Origin: an uncultured Chloroflexia bacterium
GTDB lineage: Bacteria > Chloroflexota > Limnocylindria > Limnocylindrales > CSP1-4
Assembly: GCA_963813535.1 (NCBI GenBank)
Contig: CAWEZH010000002.1
Coordinates: 1,376,001-1,440,000 of the forward strand
DNA: 64,000 bases
Reading direction: 5' to 3'
Every line of letters begins with the position of its first letter. Positions within the stretch are counted from its first letter, which is position 1. Shown piece by piece: positions 19,645 to 29,226 of the stretch. The notes below the pieces were generated by a model. The model saw only the letters and a list, made by a program, of their open reading frames with translations, was not told where the DNA came from and searched no databases. Position numbers and translations under genes: made by a program.

Positions 19645-20850
19645 TCAGTCGGTGACGACGGCCGGGTACGGCAAGGCGATCGGGTCGGCCGAAAGGCGGC
19701 TCCGGCCATCGGCGTCGAACCGGTCGAGCCCGAGGTCAGAAACGTCGATGAGCTCGGTGGCCCCGCGGACCGCCAGGTCCGCTGCGACCCGGGCCACGCC
19801 CGGGCCCCACATCATCCCGTGACCCGCCGCTGACGCGATCCACGCTCCCGCGATCACCGACCCGTCGGGTCGCACGGCCGGTCCGAGGATCGGCAGGTGG
19901 TCCGGGGTGTAGTCGATGGTCGCGGCCCAGATCTTGCGCAGCCCGAGGTCACGAGTGATCGGTACGAAGTCCGCCAGACGGCGTCGGTAGCGCTCATAGG
20001 CCGTCCAGTCGATCGCCCGCGCCTCGCCCGGCTGCTCGTCCGGGTCACTCCAGCCGAAGAGCAGGCCGCCCTCCTCCAGCCGCCAGTACAGACCGGCGCC
20101 GATGTCGAACACCATCGGCATCCGCTCGACCGCGAACGCCTCGTGCGGCTCGAGGACCGCGACCGTGTGGCGCGCGGCGCCAGCCGGGATGCGGACGCCG
20201 AACGTCGCGCCGACCGCCCGCAGCGACGGCCCGCCCGTCAGGAGGACGCGCTCGGTCTCGATCGGACCGGCGCTCGTCTCGACACCGATGACGCGCGAGC
20301 CGTCATCGGTCATGCGGAGGCCGGTGAACGCCGTCCGCTCGCGCAACTCGATCCCGGCCGCCTGCATGGCGAGCGAGTAGGCCCGCACGTTGCGCGGCGG
20401 GTCGACATAGCCGTCGCCCTCGCGATAGGTGCCGCCGCGATGACCGAAGGGCGACAGCGTCCCGGCGAGGGCGGCAGCCTCATCCGCCGTCAGCCAGCGG
20501 ACATCCGACAGCCCAGCGGACTGCTGCATCGCGACGCGCTCGCGCCCGGCGCGCTCGTCGTCATCGGTGACGGCCAGGATCAGGTAGCCGAGCTCGTGGA
20601 ACCCGGAATCGGTTCCGAAGGCTGCCTGCTGCCCGCGATAGAAATCGATCGACCAGCGGCCGAGGGCGACGGTCGCCGGCGTGCCGCCCTGGGCGCGCAC
20701 GATCCCGGCCGCGCGTGACGAGGCGCCCGCACCGGCCAGGCCGCGCTCGAGGACCACCACGCGCCCCACGCCGTCGCTCGCGGCGAAGACCGACGCCCAG
20801 CCACCGATCGTGCCCGCCCCGACGACGACCAGGTCCGCGCGATCCGTCAC
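19645..20850 (-). CDS. FAD-dependent oxidoreductase (DAO/sarcosine oxidase beta family)
   Basis: Motifs [33 protein letters not shown] and GHGMMWGP. Confidence 0.9.
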   Translation of the reverse strand: MTDRADLVVVGAGTIGGWASVFAASDGVGRVVVLERGLAGAGASSRAAGIVRAQGGTPATVALGRWSIDFYRGQQAAFGTDSGFHELGYLILAVTDDDERAGRERVAMQQSAGLSDVRWLTADEAAALAGTLSPFGHRGGTYREGDGYVDPPRNVRAYSLAMQAAGIELRERTAFTGLRMTDDGSRVIGVETSAGPIETERVLLTGGPSLRAVGATFGVRIPAGAARHTVAVLEPHEAFAVERMPMVFDIGAGLYWRLEEGGLLFGWSDPDEQPGEARAIDWTAYERYRRRLADFVPITRDLGLRKIWAATIDYTPDHLPILGPAVRPDGSVIAGAWIASAAGHGMMWGPGVARVAADLAVRGATELIDVSDLGLDRFDADGRSRLSADPIALPYPAVVTD

Positions 20851-20875
20851 GACTCGCCTCCTCCGGCATCGCGGC

Positions 20876-21529
20876 TCAGCCGTCGAGCGCTGCGGCCTCC
20901 ACGCACGCCGCGATCACCCCGAGCCGTTGCAGGCGACCGTACGTCGTCCGGCGGCGCACCGTCCAGGCCGCGACATCGAGCCCGGCGGCTCGGACGGCCG
21001 CGAGGGACCCCGGCGCGATCGCATGGAAGTCGACCGAGATCACCCGGCACTCGAGGTCGACGGCCCGGCGGATCGTCGTCGGCGACAAGTCCCACGTGTT
21101 CAGCCAGCGCGGCCAGGCGGGGGCCAGGCCCGCCACCCGCTCGAGGGTCTCGGGGATGAACGATGAGACGACCCCGTTCACCAACCCGGGCCCGCGTCCG
21201 GCGGCGAGGATCTCCACCACGGCCCGGTCGTGGAGACCCTTGAGATCGACGTTGATGATCGCCTTGTGGGGGATCACCGCGAGGGCATCGGCGAGCGACG
21301 GGATGCCGAGGTCCTCGAGCTCGCGGGCTCGCAAGCTGTCGACGCGTCCGGGGCGACCCTGGACCCGGTCGAGCGACTCGTCGTGGCTGAGCACCGGGAC
21401 GCCATCGGCCGACAGCCCGACGTCGAATTCGACGCCGTCGCAGCCGGGAACGGCCAGCGCCGTCGCGAGGGCGGCGATGCTGTTCTCCGGCGCGTGTCGC
21501 CAGTCGCCGCGGTGTGCGAGTCGCAGCAC
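20876..21529 (-). CDS. Glycerophosphodiester phosphodiesterase
   Basis: Motifs AHRG..APENS, VEFDV, LSHD, DLK and AWTV. Confidence 0.9.
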   Translation of the reverse strand: MLRLAHRGDWRHAPENSIAALATALAVPGCDGVEFDVGLSADGVPVLSHDESLDRVQGRPGRVDSLRARELEDLGIPSLADALAVIPHKAIINVDLKGLHDRAVVEILAAGRGPGLVNGVVSSFIPETLERVAGLAPAWPRWLNTWDLSPTTIRRAVDLECRVISVDFHAIAPGSLAAVRAAGLDVAAWTVRRRTTYGRLQRLGVIAACVEAAALDG

Positions 21530-21532
21530 GCT

Positions 21533-22294
21533 TCAGCCGACCTCGAGGCGCGCCGCGATCCCAACGTGGTCGCTCGGGTAGAGCGTCGCGTCCACCGGAT
21601 CCGGGCGATCGAAGACGAGGCGGGCATCGACGACGCGGATCGCGCCGCGGAGCCAGATGAAATCGAGGCAGCGCGGGTCGCCATCCGTGTCCATCGCCGG
21701 CGCCTGTAGCCCCGATGGCCATGTGACCGGCGGCTCCGTGCCGTTGGCCTCGAGGAACGCCGATCGGTAGCCTGCTGCGCCCATCCGAGCGTATGTCGGC
21801 TCGGCGGGATCGGCGTTGAAATCGCCCATCACGACGATGGCGTCGGTCGACGGTCCTGACGCCACCCAATCGATCAACGCGGCCGCCTGCTCGTCCCGCG
21901 AGGCCGCGTCGGCGGGGATGTGGTGGAGGTGGGTGACGGCGACCAGGACCGAGGCACCGCCGGTCAACTCGACGACGGCGCGATGCGCCGCACGCTGGAG
22001 GCCGAGATCGATCCGGTCGACATCACGGACCACCAACGGCTCGCGCGCCAGCAGGCTGTTGCCGTACTCGGGGCGGCCGGCCCAGCCACGGATGGCGGTG
22101 TAGTGCCCCTCCCCCGCCGCTCCGATGAGGCGGTCCTGCTGCATGACGTACACGACCTCCTGGAGCCCGAGGAGGTCGGGCTGCAGCGCCGCCATCTCGG
22201 CGAGGATCAGCGGCAGCCGCTCCGGCCAGCGGTCCGCCAGGTTGAGGATGTTGAAGGTGGCCACGTGCAGGGCCACGGGCCGGCGGTCGGTCAC
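21533..22294 (-). CDS. Endonuclease/exonuclease/phosphatase (EEP) family protein
   Basis: Motifs ATFNI, LQEV, THLH, GDFN, LDFIW and PSDH. Confidence 0.9.
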   Translation of the reverse strand: MTDRRPVALHVATFNILNLADRWPERLPLILAEMAALQPDLLGLQEVVYVMQQDRLIGAAGEGHYTAIRGWAGRPEYGNSLLAREPLVVRDVDRIDLGLQRAAHRAVVELTGGASVLVAVTHLHHIPADAASRDEQAAALIDWVASGPSTDAIVVMGDFNADPAEPTYARMGAAGYRSAFLEANGTEPPVTWPSGLQAPAMDTDGDPRCLDFIWLRGAIRVVDARLVFDRPDPVDATLYPSDHVGIAARLEVG

Positions 22295-23508
22295 GCGCCG
22301 GTCGCCGGTCGTGCGCCACCCGCCACGGGCAGGGCGAACGAGAAGGTCGAACCAGTCCCTTCCTCCGACTCGACCCAGATGCGTCCACCGTGCTGCTCGA
22401 CCACGTGGCGCGCGATCGCCAGCCCCAGCCCGGTGCCACCGCCCGCCTCGGCACGCAGTCGCGCCCGATCGACCTTGTAGAAGCGCTCGAAGATCCGGTC
22501 CTTGGCACCACGCGGGATACCGATCCCGTGGTCCTCGACCGACGTCACCACCCGTCCGTCATCGACGGCGGTCCGGATCGTGACCTCGCCCCCATCCGGA
22601 CTGAACTTGACCGCATTGTGGACGAGGTTCACCACGACCTGGCCGAGCCGCGCGGCGTCGCCACGGACGGGCGGCAGCCCCGTCGGGGTGTCGATGTGGA
22701 ACGTGACGCCCTGCCGTTCGCCGAACAGCCGCAGCCGCTCGGCCGAGTCGGCAGCCAGCCGGCTCATGTCGACGCCGTCGGCCAGCTGCAGCGTGCCACC
22801 ACCCTCGATCCGGCTGAGGTCGAGCAGCTCGTTCACCATCTGGACCAGGTGACCGGTCTCCACCTCGATCTTGGCGATCCGGTCGCGCATCTTCGGGGGG
22901 ATCGCATCGCCGACACCCTCAGCCTCGCGCTCCAACGTCTCCGCGAGGAGGCTGACCGTCGTGAGGGGCGTCCGCAGCTCGTGCGAGAGGTTGTCGATGA
23001 ACTCCGTCCTGATGCGCTGGAGCCGGCGCAGCTCGGATACGTCCTCGAGCACGAGCCAGGTGCCACCACCGGCACTGGCCTGCGCGCGGACGGTCAGGAC
23101 CGGTCCGTCCGGTCCGGCGGAGCGGATCTCCGCGCTCGCCGAGCCCGAGCGCGACTTGGCGGCTCGAGCGGCCAGGCCCTCGACCGACGGGTCCATGAAC
23201 GCTTCCATCAGCGAGCGCCCCGGCAGACCGTCGGGGCGATGACCGAGCAGCTCGTGGGCGCGTGCGTTGGCCTCGACGACGCGCTGCGACGCGTCGATAC
23301 GCACGACCCCGATGTCCAGGGCCTGCCGAAGGGCCTCGTCATCGGCTGTGCGATCGGCCAGCTCGCGGACCCGGGCATCGTCCTCGCCACGCGACCGCTC
23401 AAGGGCTGCGGTCACGCGGTCGATCTCGTATCCGCGCCGGATGAAGGCGATGGTGGCACCAAGCGTGGTCAACGCCAGCAGGACAGCCACGAGGACGCTC
23501 GGTTCCAC
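22291..23508 (-). CDS. phoR: PhoR/SenX3-like sensor histidine kinase (TM, PAS, HisKA, HATPase)
   Basis: Motifs NLSHELRTPL, NLVHNAVKF, DHGIGI, RIFERFYKVDRAR and GGTGLGLAI, with a single N-terminal TM and a PAS-like region. The phoR assignment is from context. Confidence 0.8.
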   Translation of the reverse strand: MEPSVLVAVLLALTTLGATIAFIRRGYEIDRVTAALERSRGEDDARVRELADRTADDEALRQALDIGVVRIDASQRVVEANARAHELLGHRPDGLPGRSLMEAFMDPSVEGLAARAAKSRSGSASAEIRSAGPDGPVLTVRAQASAGGGTWLVLEDVSELRRLQRIRTEFIDNLSHELRTPLTTVSLLAETLEREAEGVGDAIPPKMRDRIAKIEVETGHLVQMVNELLDLSRIEGGGTLQLADGVDMSRLAADSAERLRLFGERQGVTFHIDTPTGLPPVRGDAARLGQVVVNLVHNAVKFSPDGGEVTIRTAVDDGRVVTSVEDHGIGIPRGAKDRIFERFYKVDRARLRAEAGGGTGLGLAIARHVVEQHGGRIWVESEEGTGSTFSFALPVAGGARPATGA

Positions 23509-23548
23509 ACCGCGAGCATCGCATACCCGAGCGTCACCGGACCGGCCG

Positions 23549-24601
23549 TCATCGACCTCGGATGCGCCCGCCGTATGGCCCGACCCGCTCGACCAGACCG
23601 CCGAGCCACGGGGCCGCATGACGATCGAACGCCCGCAACGGGAACGCGTGTCGCAGCACGAGCAGATGCGCGATCCGTGCCGCCGCTCGGCGAGCCCCGG
23701 TGACGGTCCGGATACCGCGCGTGTCGGTGTGGGTGAGCGCGCGGTCGACGGCATCGATGGCGTCGGCTGCGGCGAGCTCGCTCGACACGCGCAGCACGTC
23801 GTCCTCCTCGGGTGACGTCGCGTCCGGCCACGGTGGATCCCCCAGCCGTTCGAGCGTGCCGGTCGCGGCGAGCTGCCGGAGCTCATCCGCCGACAGGCCG
23901 CCCAACCGGTCGAGCAACGTCCCGATCGCCGTGGTGGCCGGACCGTAGCGCGGCTGGCCGACCGCCGAATCCCAGCCGCGGGTCAGGCGCTCGCGAGCCC
24001 ACGAGCTCGCCGGGTCACCAAGGATCTGTTCGAGGAGGTCGCTCAGCAGGATGTCGGCGAGCCGGCCGACCACGGCGTCGCGGATCTGCGCCGAGCGACG
24101 CGCGGCGGGCGGGAGACGCGCCATCGCCGAATGCTCGGCATCGTCGAGGGTCCCCTCGAGTTCGGGCGGGACGAACTGCCGCAACGTGGCGAGGAAGGCG
24201 ATGGGTGCGGGTTCGGCCAGTGCCAGCCGGTCGAGCTCGTCGACGGTCAGCCGGCCGACGCGGTCGACGATCGAGGCGACGAGCTCGGCCGTGGTCGGCG
24301 GCCGACGGACGGTCCGGCGGACCGGGGCAGCCCAGTCGGTGCCGGCACGCGGCGGACGTCCGGCACGGACACCGATCGATCGCTCGCGGTCGTACCGACG
24401 GCGAAGGTCGGGATCGCTGAGCCAGTCGTGGGCGACGTTGATCCGCTTGGCGAGCTCGAGGCCGTTCGCTCCGGCCACGTCGGGATGGTGCTGGCGCAGC
24501 AGCGCCCGCCAGGCAAGCTCGATGGCCTCCGGGCTCGCGTCGCGGGGCACGCCGAGCCGGGCGTACAGGTCGTCGTTCGGCAGCGATTGGCGAACCGGCA
24601 T
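23549..24601 (-). CDS. J-domain protein with unknown helical C-terminal region
   Basis: DLYARLGV..HHPDV..INVAHDWLSDP.LRRRYD J-domain including the HPD motif. Confidence 0.85.
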   Translation of the reverse strand: MPVRQSLPNDDLYARLGVPRDASPEAIELAWRALLRQHHPDVAGANGLELAKRINVAHDWLSDPDLRRRYDRERSIGVRAGRPPRAGTDWAAPVRRTVRRPPTTAELVASIVDRVGRLTVDELDRLALAEPAPIAFLATLRQFVPPELEGTLDDAEHSAMARLPPAARRSAQIRDAVVGRLADILLSDLLEQILGDPASSWARERLTRGWDSAVGQPRYGPATTAIGTLLDRLGGLSADELRQLAATGTLERLGDPPWPDATSPEEDDVLRVSSELAAADAIDAVDRALTHTDTRGIRTVTGARRAAARIAHLLVLRHAFPLRAFDRHAAPWLGGLVERVGPYGGRIRGR

Positions 24602-24691
24602 AGGTGGTCGAAGGGTACTGGCGCAGCCGGTCCTGGTCGTTATCCTGCTGCAGTCCGGCGGGATGTCGCCGGGGCCGAGAGGGATTGGTCG

Positions 24692-25195
24692 ATGAGTTTC
24701 ATCAAGCGGGCCCAGGAGGCCGCGGCACAGGCGGCGGCGATGGCGAATCGCACGGCGAGCGACCCAGCCACACAGGAGGCCGTCAACCGCAGTGCTCGCG
24801 AGGCAGTCGGTATGGCCCGCCGCGGCGTCACGACCGTGATCGAGAAGATCGACCCAGGCACGCTCGCAGAACTGATCGTGCGCGCGACGGCGCTCCAGGA
24901 GATGACGAATGCGTCGCTGCGCCAGAAGGGTTCGCCCTATCGGATCGCGGAGATCTCGATCTCCGCGTCGATCCCGCCGGCCGTCAGCTTCGCGATCAGC
25001 AGGCTGGGCGATGAGACCGAAGAGGTCGTCGGCGAGGTGGTCTCGTCGGCCGAGCTGGTCGAGCAGGCCGAGGACGCCGGTGAGCTCGTCATCGCCCTTG
25101 ACGGGACGACGGTCGACGACTCGGCGATCGCGCCGACGGTCGATCATGACGGCGACGGCGTGGCGATGCCGCCGAGCTCGATCTCGAGCGGCTAG
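24692..25195 (+). CDS. Hypothetical protein
   Basis: ATG after GAGAGG, GC3-biased codons, acidic tail. Fills the gap between the J-protein and proS. Confidence 0.65.
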   Translation: MSFIKRAQEAAAQAAAMANRTASDPATQEAVNRSAREAVGMARRGVTTVIEKIDPGTLAELIVRATALQEMTNASLRQKGSPYRIAEISISASIPPAVSFAISRLGDETEEVVGEVVSSAELVEQAEDAGELVIALDGTTVDDSAIAPTVDHDGDGVAMPPSSISSG

Positions 25196-25196
25196 A

Positions 25197-26927
25197 TCAG
25201 CCGGTCGTCGCGGAAACTGACGGGAATCCGTTCACGAGGAAGCCCTCGACCTCATCGATCGGGCGCGTCGATCGTTCGCCGGTCGCGCGCTCCGTGACCT
25301 CGATGCCGCCAGCTGCCAGTGACCTTGGCGACACCGTGAGGATCCACGGCATGCCCAGCAGCTCGGCGTCGTTGAACTTGACCCCGGGCGATTCGTCGCG
25401 GTCGTCCCATAGGATCTCGCGCCGCGGCCCTGCTTCGGCTGCCAGGGCGTGAAGTCGCTCGGCGATCACGAGCACCTGCGGCTCCTTGGCTCCGCCGATC
25501 GACACGAGGTGCGCGGCATACGGCGCGACCTCGGCCGGCCAGACGATGCCCTTGTCGTCGTGGTGCTCCTCGACGATGCAGGCGACGCTCCGCCCGACAC
25601 CGATCCCGTACGAGCCCATCACGATCGGGTGCTCCTTGCCGTCCTCGCCGAGATACGTGGCACCGAACGCGTCGCTGTACTTCGTCCCGAGCTTGAAGAT
25701 GTTGCCGACCTCGATCCCGTTCCGGAGGACGAGCGGCTGGCCGCACGTCGGACACGGGTCGCCCGCCTGCGCGTTGGTGATGTCGGCGGTGACGTCGGGT
25801 GTGAAGTCCCGGCCCACGTTGACGTTGCGGTAGTGGAACCCCTCGCGGTTGGCCCCTGCGACGAGATTTGGCGACCGAGCGACGAGATCGTCGACGACCA
25901 CCACGGTCCCCCGCGCGCCGATCGGTGAGCCGTACCCGGGCTCCATGCCGGCCGCCCGGATCTCCTCGACCGTAGCGGGCCGGATCCCGCCGGTCGCACT
26001 CACTGCGTTCACGAGCTTGGTCTCATTGACGTCGTGATCGCCGCGGACGATGGCCGTGACGACCCGGCCGTCGCCCGTCACGAAGAACGCCGCCTTGGCG
26101 GCCCGGTCCTCGCCGACCCCGAGAAACGCGGCAAGCTTCGCGATCGTCGTCGTGCCGGGGGTCGCGACCTCCTCGAGGGGAGCAGGTTCCTCGGCGGGCG
26201 GCTCCGGTTTGGCCACGACCGCGACCTGGCGGTTCGCGGCGAAATCGCAGTTCTCGCACAGGACGAGGACGTCCTCACCGGCTGGGTTGAGGACCATGAA
26301 CTCGTGCGCTTGGCTGCCACCCATCATCCCGACATCGGAGCTGACAGCGATCGTGTCGAGACCCATACGCTCGAAGGTCCGGACGTAGGCGCCGTGCTGG
26401 TCCCAATAGCTCGTGTCGAGCCCGGCGTCGTCGCGGTCGACGCTGTAGGCGTCCTTCATCACGAACTCGCGCACCCTGATGAGCCCGCCCCTGGCTCGCG
26501 GCTCGTCGCGCCACTTGGTCTGGAAGTGGTAGACCTGCATCGGGAGCTGGCGGTACGACTTCACGATATCGGCGAGCAGCAGCCCGACGACCTCCTCGTG
26601 GGTCATCGCCAGCACCATGTCCCGTCCGTTGCGGTCCTTGAACCGGCCAAGTTCGGGTCCGATCGCGTCGTAGCGACCGCTCGCGCGCCAGATGTCGGCC
26701 GGATGCACGACCGGCATCTCCATCTCCTGGGCGCCGATGCGGTCCTGTTCCTCGCGGATGATCTGCTCGACACGGGCATCGACCCGCTTGCCGAGCGGCA
26801 ATAGCGAGTAGATCCCCGAACCGAGCTGGCGGACATAGCCGGCCCGCTGCAGGAGCCGGTGTGATGGCATCTCGGCGTCGGCCGGGTCGTCCCGGAGGGT
26901 CGTGAAGAACAGGTGGGACAGTCGCAT
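25197..26927 (-). CDS. proS: Prolyl-tRNA ligase (with editing domain)
   Basis: Start MRLSHLFFTTLRDDP; motifs THEE, RDEPRARGGLIRVREF.MKDAYS, GIEVGNIFKLG and MGSYGIGVGR. Confidence 0.97.
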   Translation of the reverse strand: MRLSHLFFTTLRDDPADAEMPSHRLLQRAGYVRQLGSGIYSLLPLGKRVDARVEQIIREEQDRIGAQEMEMPVVHPADIWRASGRYDAIGPELGRFKDRNGRDMVLAMTHEEVVGLLLADIVKSYRQLPMQVYHFQTKWRDEPRARGGLIRVREFVMKDAYSVDRDDAGLDTSYWDQHGAYVRTFERMGLDTIAVSSDVGMMGGSQAHEFMVLNPAGEDVLVLCENCDFAANRQVAVVAKPEPPAEEPAPLEEVATPGTTTIAKLAAFLGVGEDRAAKAAFFVTGDGRVVTAIVRGDHDVNETKLVNAVSATGGIRPATVEEIRAAGMEPGYGSPIGARGTVVVVDDLVARSPNLVAGANREGFHYRNVNVGRDFTPDVTADITNAQAGDPCPTCGQPLVLRNGIEVGNIFKLGTKYSDAFGATYLGEDGKEHPIVMGSYGIGVGRSVACIVEEHHDDKGIVWPAEVAPYAAHLVSIGGAKEPQVLVIAERLHALAAEAGPRREILWDDRDESPGVKFNDAELLGMPWILTVSPRSLAAGGIEVTERATGERSTRPIDEVEGFLVNGFPSVSATTG

Positions 26928-26989
26928 GGAGCGGTAAGGATAGCGGCGAGGGCACGCCGCGACTGCGCACGCCGGTTGCCGCCGGCGGC

Positions 26990-27006
26990 GTTCACCCACC
27001 GTTAAC
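26990..27006 (+). promoter_or_regulatory. Putative Pho box upstream of the Pit transporter
   Basis: GTTCAC (26990)-N5-GTTAAC (27001). Confidence 0.65.
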
Positions 27007-27041
27007 ATCTTGCCGACTTCCCGCTGCGAGGTACCGATCGC

Positions 27042-28046
27042 TTGATCGATGGCGCGCTGTTCTCCCTGTTCGTCGTCATCGTGCTGGCGGTCGTCTTCGA
27101 CTACATCAACGGCTTCCACGACACGGCCAACGCGATCGCGACATCCGTTGCGACGCGTGCGCTCAGCCCGCGCACCGCCGTGCTCATGGCCGCCGCCTTC
27201 AACTTCATCGGAGCGTTCGCAGGCACGGCGGTGGCCAAGACGATCGGTGCCGGCCTGGTCAACGAGGAGACGACGACCCAGATCATCGTGATGGCCGCGC
27301 TCATCGGAGCGATCGCCTGGGACCTCATCACATGGTGGTACGCCGTCCCGAGTTCGAGCTCGCAGGCGCTCGTCGGTGGCCTGCTTGGTGCGACGATCAT
27401 CGCGGCGGGCGTCGGGGCGTTGAACCTCGACGGGATCGTCAGCAAGGTGCTCATCCCGAGCCTGACGTCGCCGCTCATCGGTTTCGTCGGCGCCTTCCTG
27501 CTGATGCTGTCGCTGTACTGGATCTTTCGGAACGCCAAGCGCAAGCCGATGGCCCGGGTCTTCCGGCGCCTGCAGGTGATCTCGGCCGGATACATGGCGT
27601 TCGCGCACGGCTCGAACGACGCCCAGAAGACCATGGGCATCATCACGCTGGCGCTTTTCTCCGCCGGTGTCATCCCGACCATCGAAGTCCCGACGTGGGT
27701 CATCATCGTCTCGGCCACCGCGCTGTCGCTTGGGACGGCCGTCGGCGGCTGGCGGATCATGCACACGATGGGGCACCGCGTGGTCGAGCTCGAGCCCGTT
27801 CATGGGTTCGCGGCCGAGACGACCGCCGCCACCGTCCTCATCGGGACGGCTCAGCTGGGCATGCCCGTTTCGACGACGCACGTGATCTCCAGCGCGATCA
27901 TGGGCGTCGGCTCGGCACGCGGACCCAAGGGCGTGCGCTGGGGCGTCGCGCGACGCATCCTGCTCGCCTGGGTCATCACCATCCCGGCCGCCGCGATCAT
28001 GGCTGCAGCGGCATGGTTCATCCTGCACACCATCGGCTTCGGCTGA
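27042..28046 (+). CDS. pit: Inorganic phosphate transporter, PiT family
   Basis: Motifs NGFHDTANAIAT, PSSSS, HGSNDAQKTMG and PVSTTH. Confidence 0.95.
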   Translation: MIDGALFSLFVVIVLAVVFDYINGFHDTANAIATSVATRALSPRTAVLMAAAFNFIGAFAGTAVAKTIGAGLVNEETTTQIIVMAALIGAIAWDLITWWYAVPSSSSQALVGGLLGATIIAAGVGALNLDGIVSKVLIPSLTSPLIGFVGAFLLMLSLYWIFRNAKRKPMARVFRRLQVISAGYMAFAHGSNDAQKTMGIITLALFSAGVIPTIEVPTWVIIVSATALSLGTAVGGWRIMHTMGHRVVELEPVHGFAAETTAATVLIGTAQLGMPVSTTHVISSAIMGVGSARGPKGVRWGVARRILLAWVITIPAAAIMAAAAWFILHTIGFG

Positions 28047-28063
28047 GGAAAGGGAATGCCTCG

Positions 28064-28681
28064 ATGACGTTCCGGCTGCTCCCCAAGGACGTCAAGTTCT
28101 TCGACCTGTTCGTCGCCGACGGCGAGAACCTCCAGGCGGCGGCGGCGAGGCTGCGCGACATGGTCGACGAATTCGACAACCTGGAGGCCCGGGTCGCCGA
28201 GATCCAGCTCCTCGAGAAGCGCGGCGACGACATCGACCGCGAGATCAACCAGCGACTCGAGGACGCCTTCGTCACGCCATTCGATCGCGAGGACATCCAC
28301 GATCTGACCGTGCGGCTCGACGACGTCGTCGACGGTATCCAGGCGACTGCTGAGACCTTCGTGATCTACGGCATCGACCGCCCCACTGAGGAGGCGCGAC
28401 AGCTCGCCCACATCCTGGCCGAGCAATCAGATTCGCTTCTGTCGGCACTCCGCAAGCTCGACGGCTTGAAGGATCTCGACGCGGACCTCAGGAAGGTGCA
28501 TGACCTCGAGCACCAGGCCGACACGCTCTCGCGGGCAGCGGTCGCCCGATTGTTCCGAGATGGTTCCGATCCGCTCGAGGTCATCAAGTGGCGCGACCTC
28601 TATCGCGAGCTCGAGAATGCGATCGACGCGGCCGAGGACGCCGCGGAGGCGATCGAGCGGATGTTCCACAAGGCGACCTGA
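28064..28681 (+). CDS. DUF47/PhoU-like Pit accessory protein
   Basis: Motifs LEKRGD, FVTPFDREDI..L..RLDDVVD, LEHQAD and EVIKWRDLY. Follows pit. Confidence 0.92.
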   Translation: MTFRLLPKDVKFFDLFVADGENLQAAAARLRDMVDEFDNLEARVAEIQLLEKRGDDIDREINQRLEDAFVTPFDREDIHDLTVRLDDVVDGIQATAETFVIYGIDRPTEEARQLAHILAEQSDSLLSALRKLDGLKDLDADLRKVHDLEHQADTLSRAAVARLFRDGSDPLEVIKWRDLYRELENAIDAAEDAAEAIERMFHKAT

Positions 28682-28695
28682 CCGGCCGCCTGGGG

Positions 28696-29154
28696 TCAGC
28701 TGAGGAGCGTCTGCCAGGACGGCCCGGTGGCGCCGTCGCGGAGCTCCAACCAGCGGAGCGCATACGCGAGGCGGATGGGGGCTGGGTCGGCGTGATCGCC
28801 CCGCGGCGGTGCCAGGTGGAAGGCCTCGCGACCGTATGACGCGGCAAGCGTCCGGCGCGTGCGCACCGGCGCCAGATGGCGGCGGATCTGTTCGACCTCC
28901 TCCGCGAACCCTGGCCGGGCCCAGTGCGTCGGGCGCCGCGACGGATCGCGCAGGAGCCGGGCGAGGCGGAGGGCATCCAGCGCCAGCGCCCTGGCGGGCG
29001 CCGGCACCGGTGCCGGGAGGGTCGGAGTCCACGGGGAGAGGAGGAGCCCGGGACTCTCGGATATGCCGTCGTCGGCGCCGCCGAGACGCGGAACCTCGAC
29101 GTGGCGCGACGTCATCGGGTCGGTGGTCGCGGGCTGGCGATGTCGGATCGGCAT
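28696..29154 (-). CDS. Hypothetical protein
   Basis: ORF filling the gap between the convergent DUF47 gene and the PhoB-like gene. Start is 29154 or 29115. Confidence 0.55.
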   Translation of the reverse strand: MPIRHRQPATTDPMTSRHVEVPRLGGADDGISESPGLLLSPWTPTLPAPVPAPARALALDALRLARLLRDPSRRPTHWARPGFAEEVEQIRRHLAPVRTRRTLAASYGREAFHLAPPRGDHADPAPIRLAYALRWLELRDGATGPSWQTLLS

Positions 29155-29176
29155 GGCTGCAGATTCGAGCAGCGGT

Positions 29177-29204
29177 GTGAACGTGTCATCAGCGCGACGT
29201 CAAC
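29177..29204 (-). promoter_or_regulatory. Possible Pho box upstream of the hypothetical gene
   Basis: Minus strand GTTGAC (29204-29199) and GTTCAC (29182-29177), 22 bp apart. Confidence 0.4.
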
Positions 29205-29226
29205 ATCGGCCCCGATCGGAACGGCC

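Noticed and set aside
26928-28028. Apparent 367-aa N-terminal extension of ProS
   Set aside because: It is the antisense frame of pit. The typical ProS start MRLS is at 26927.
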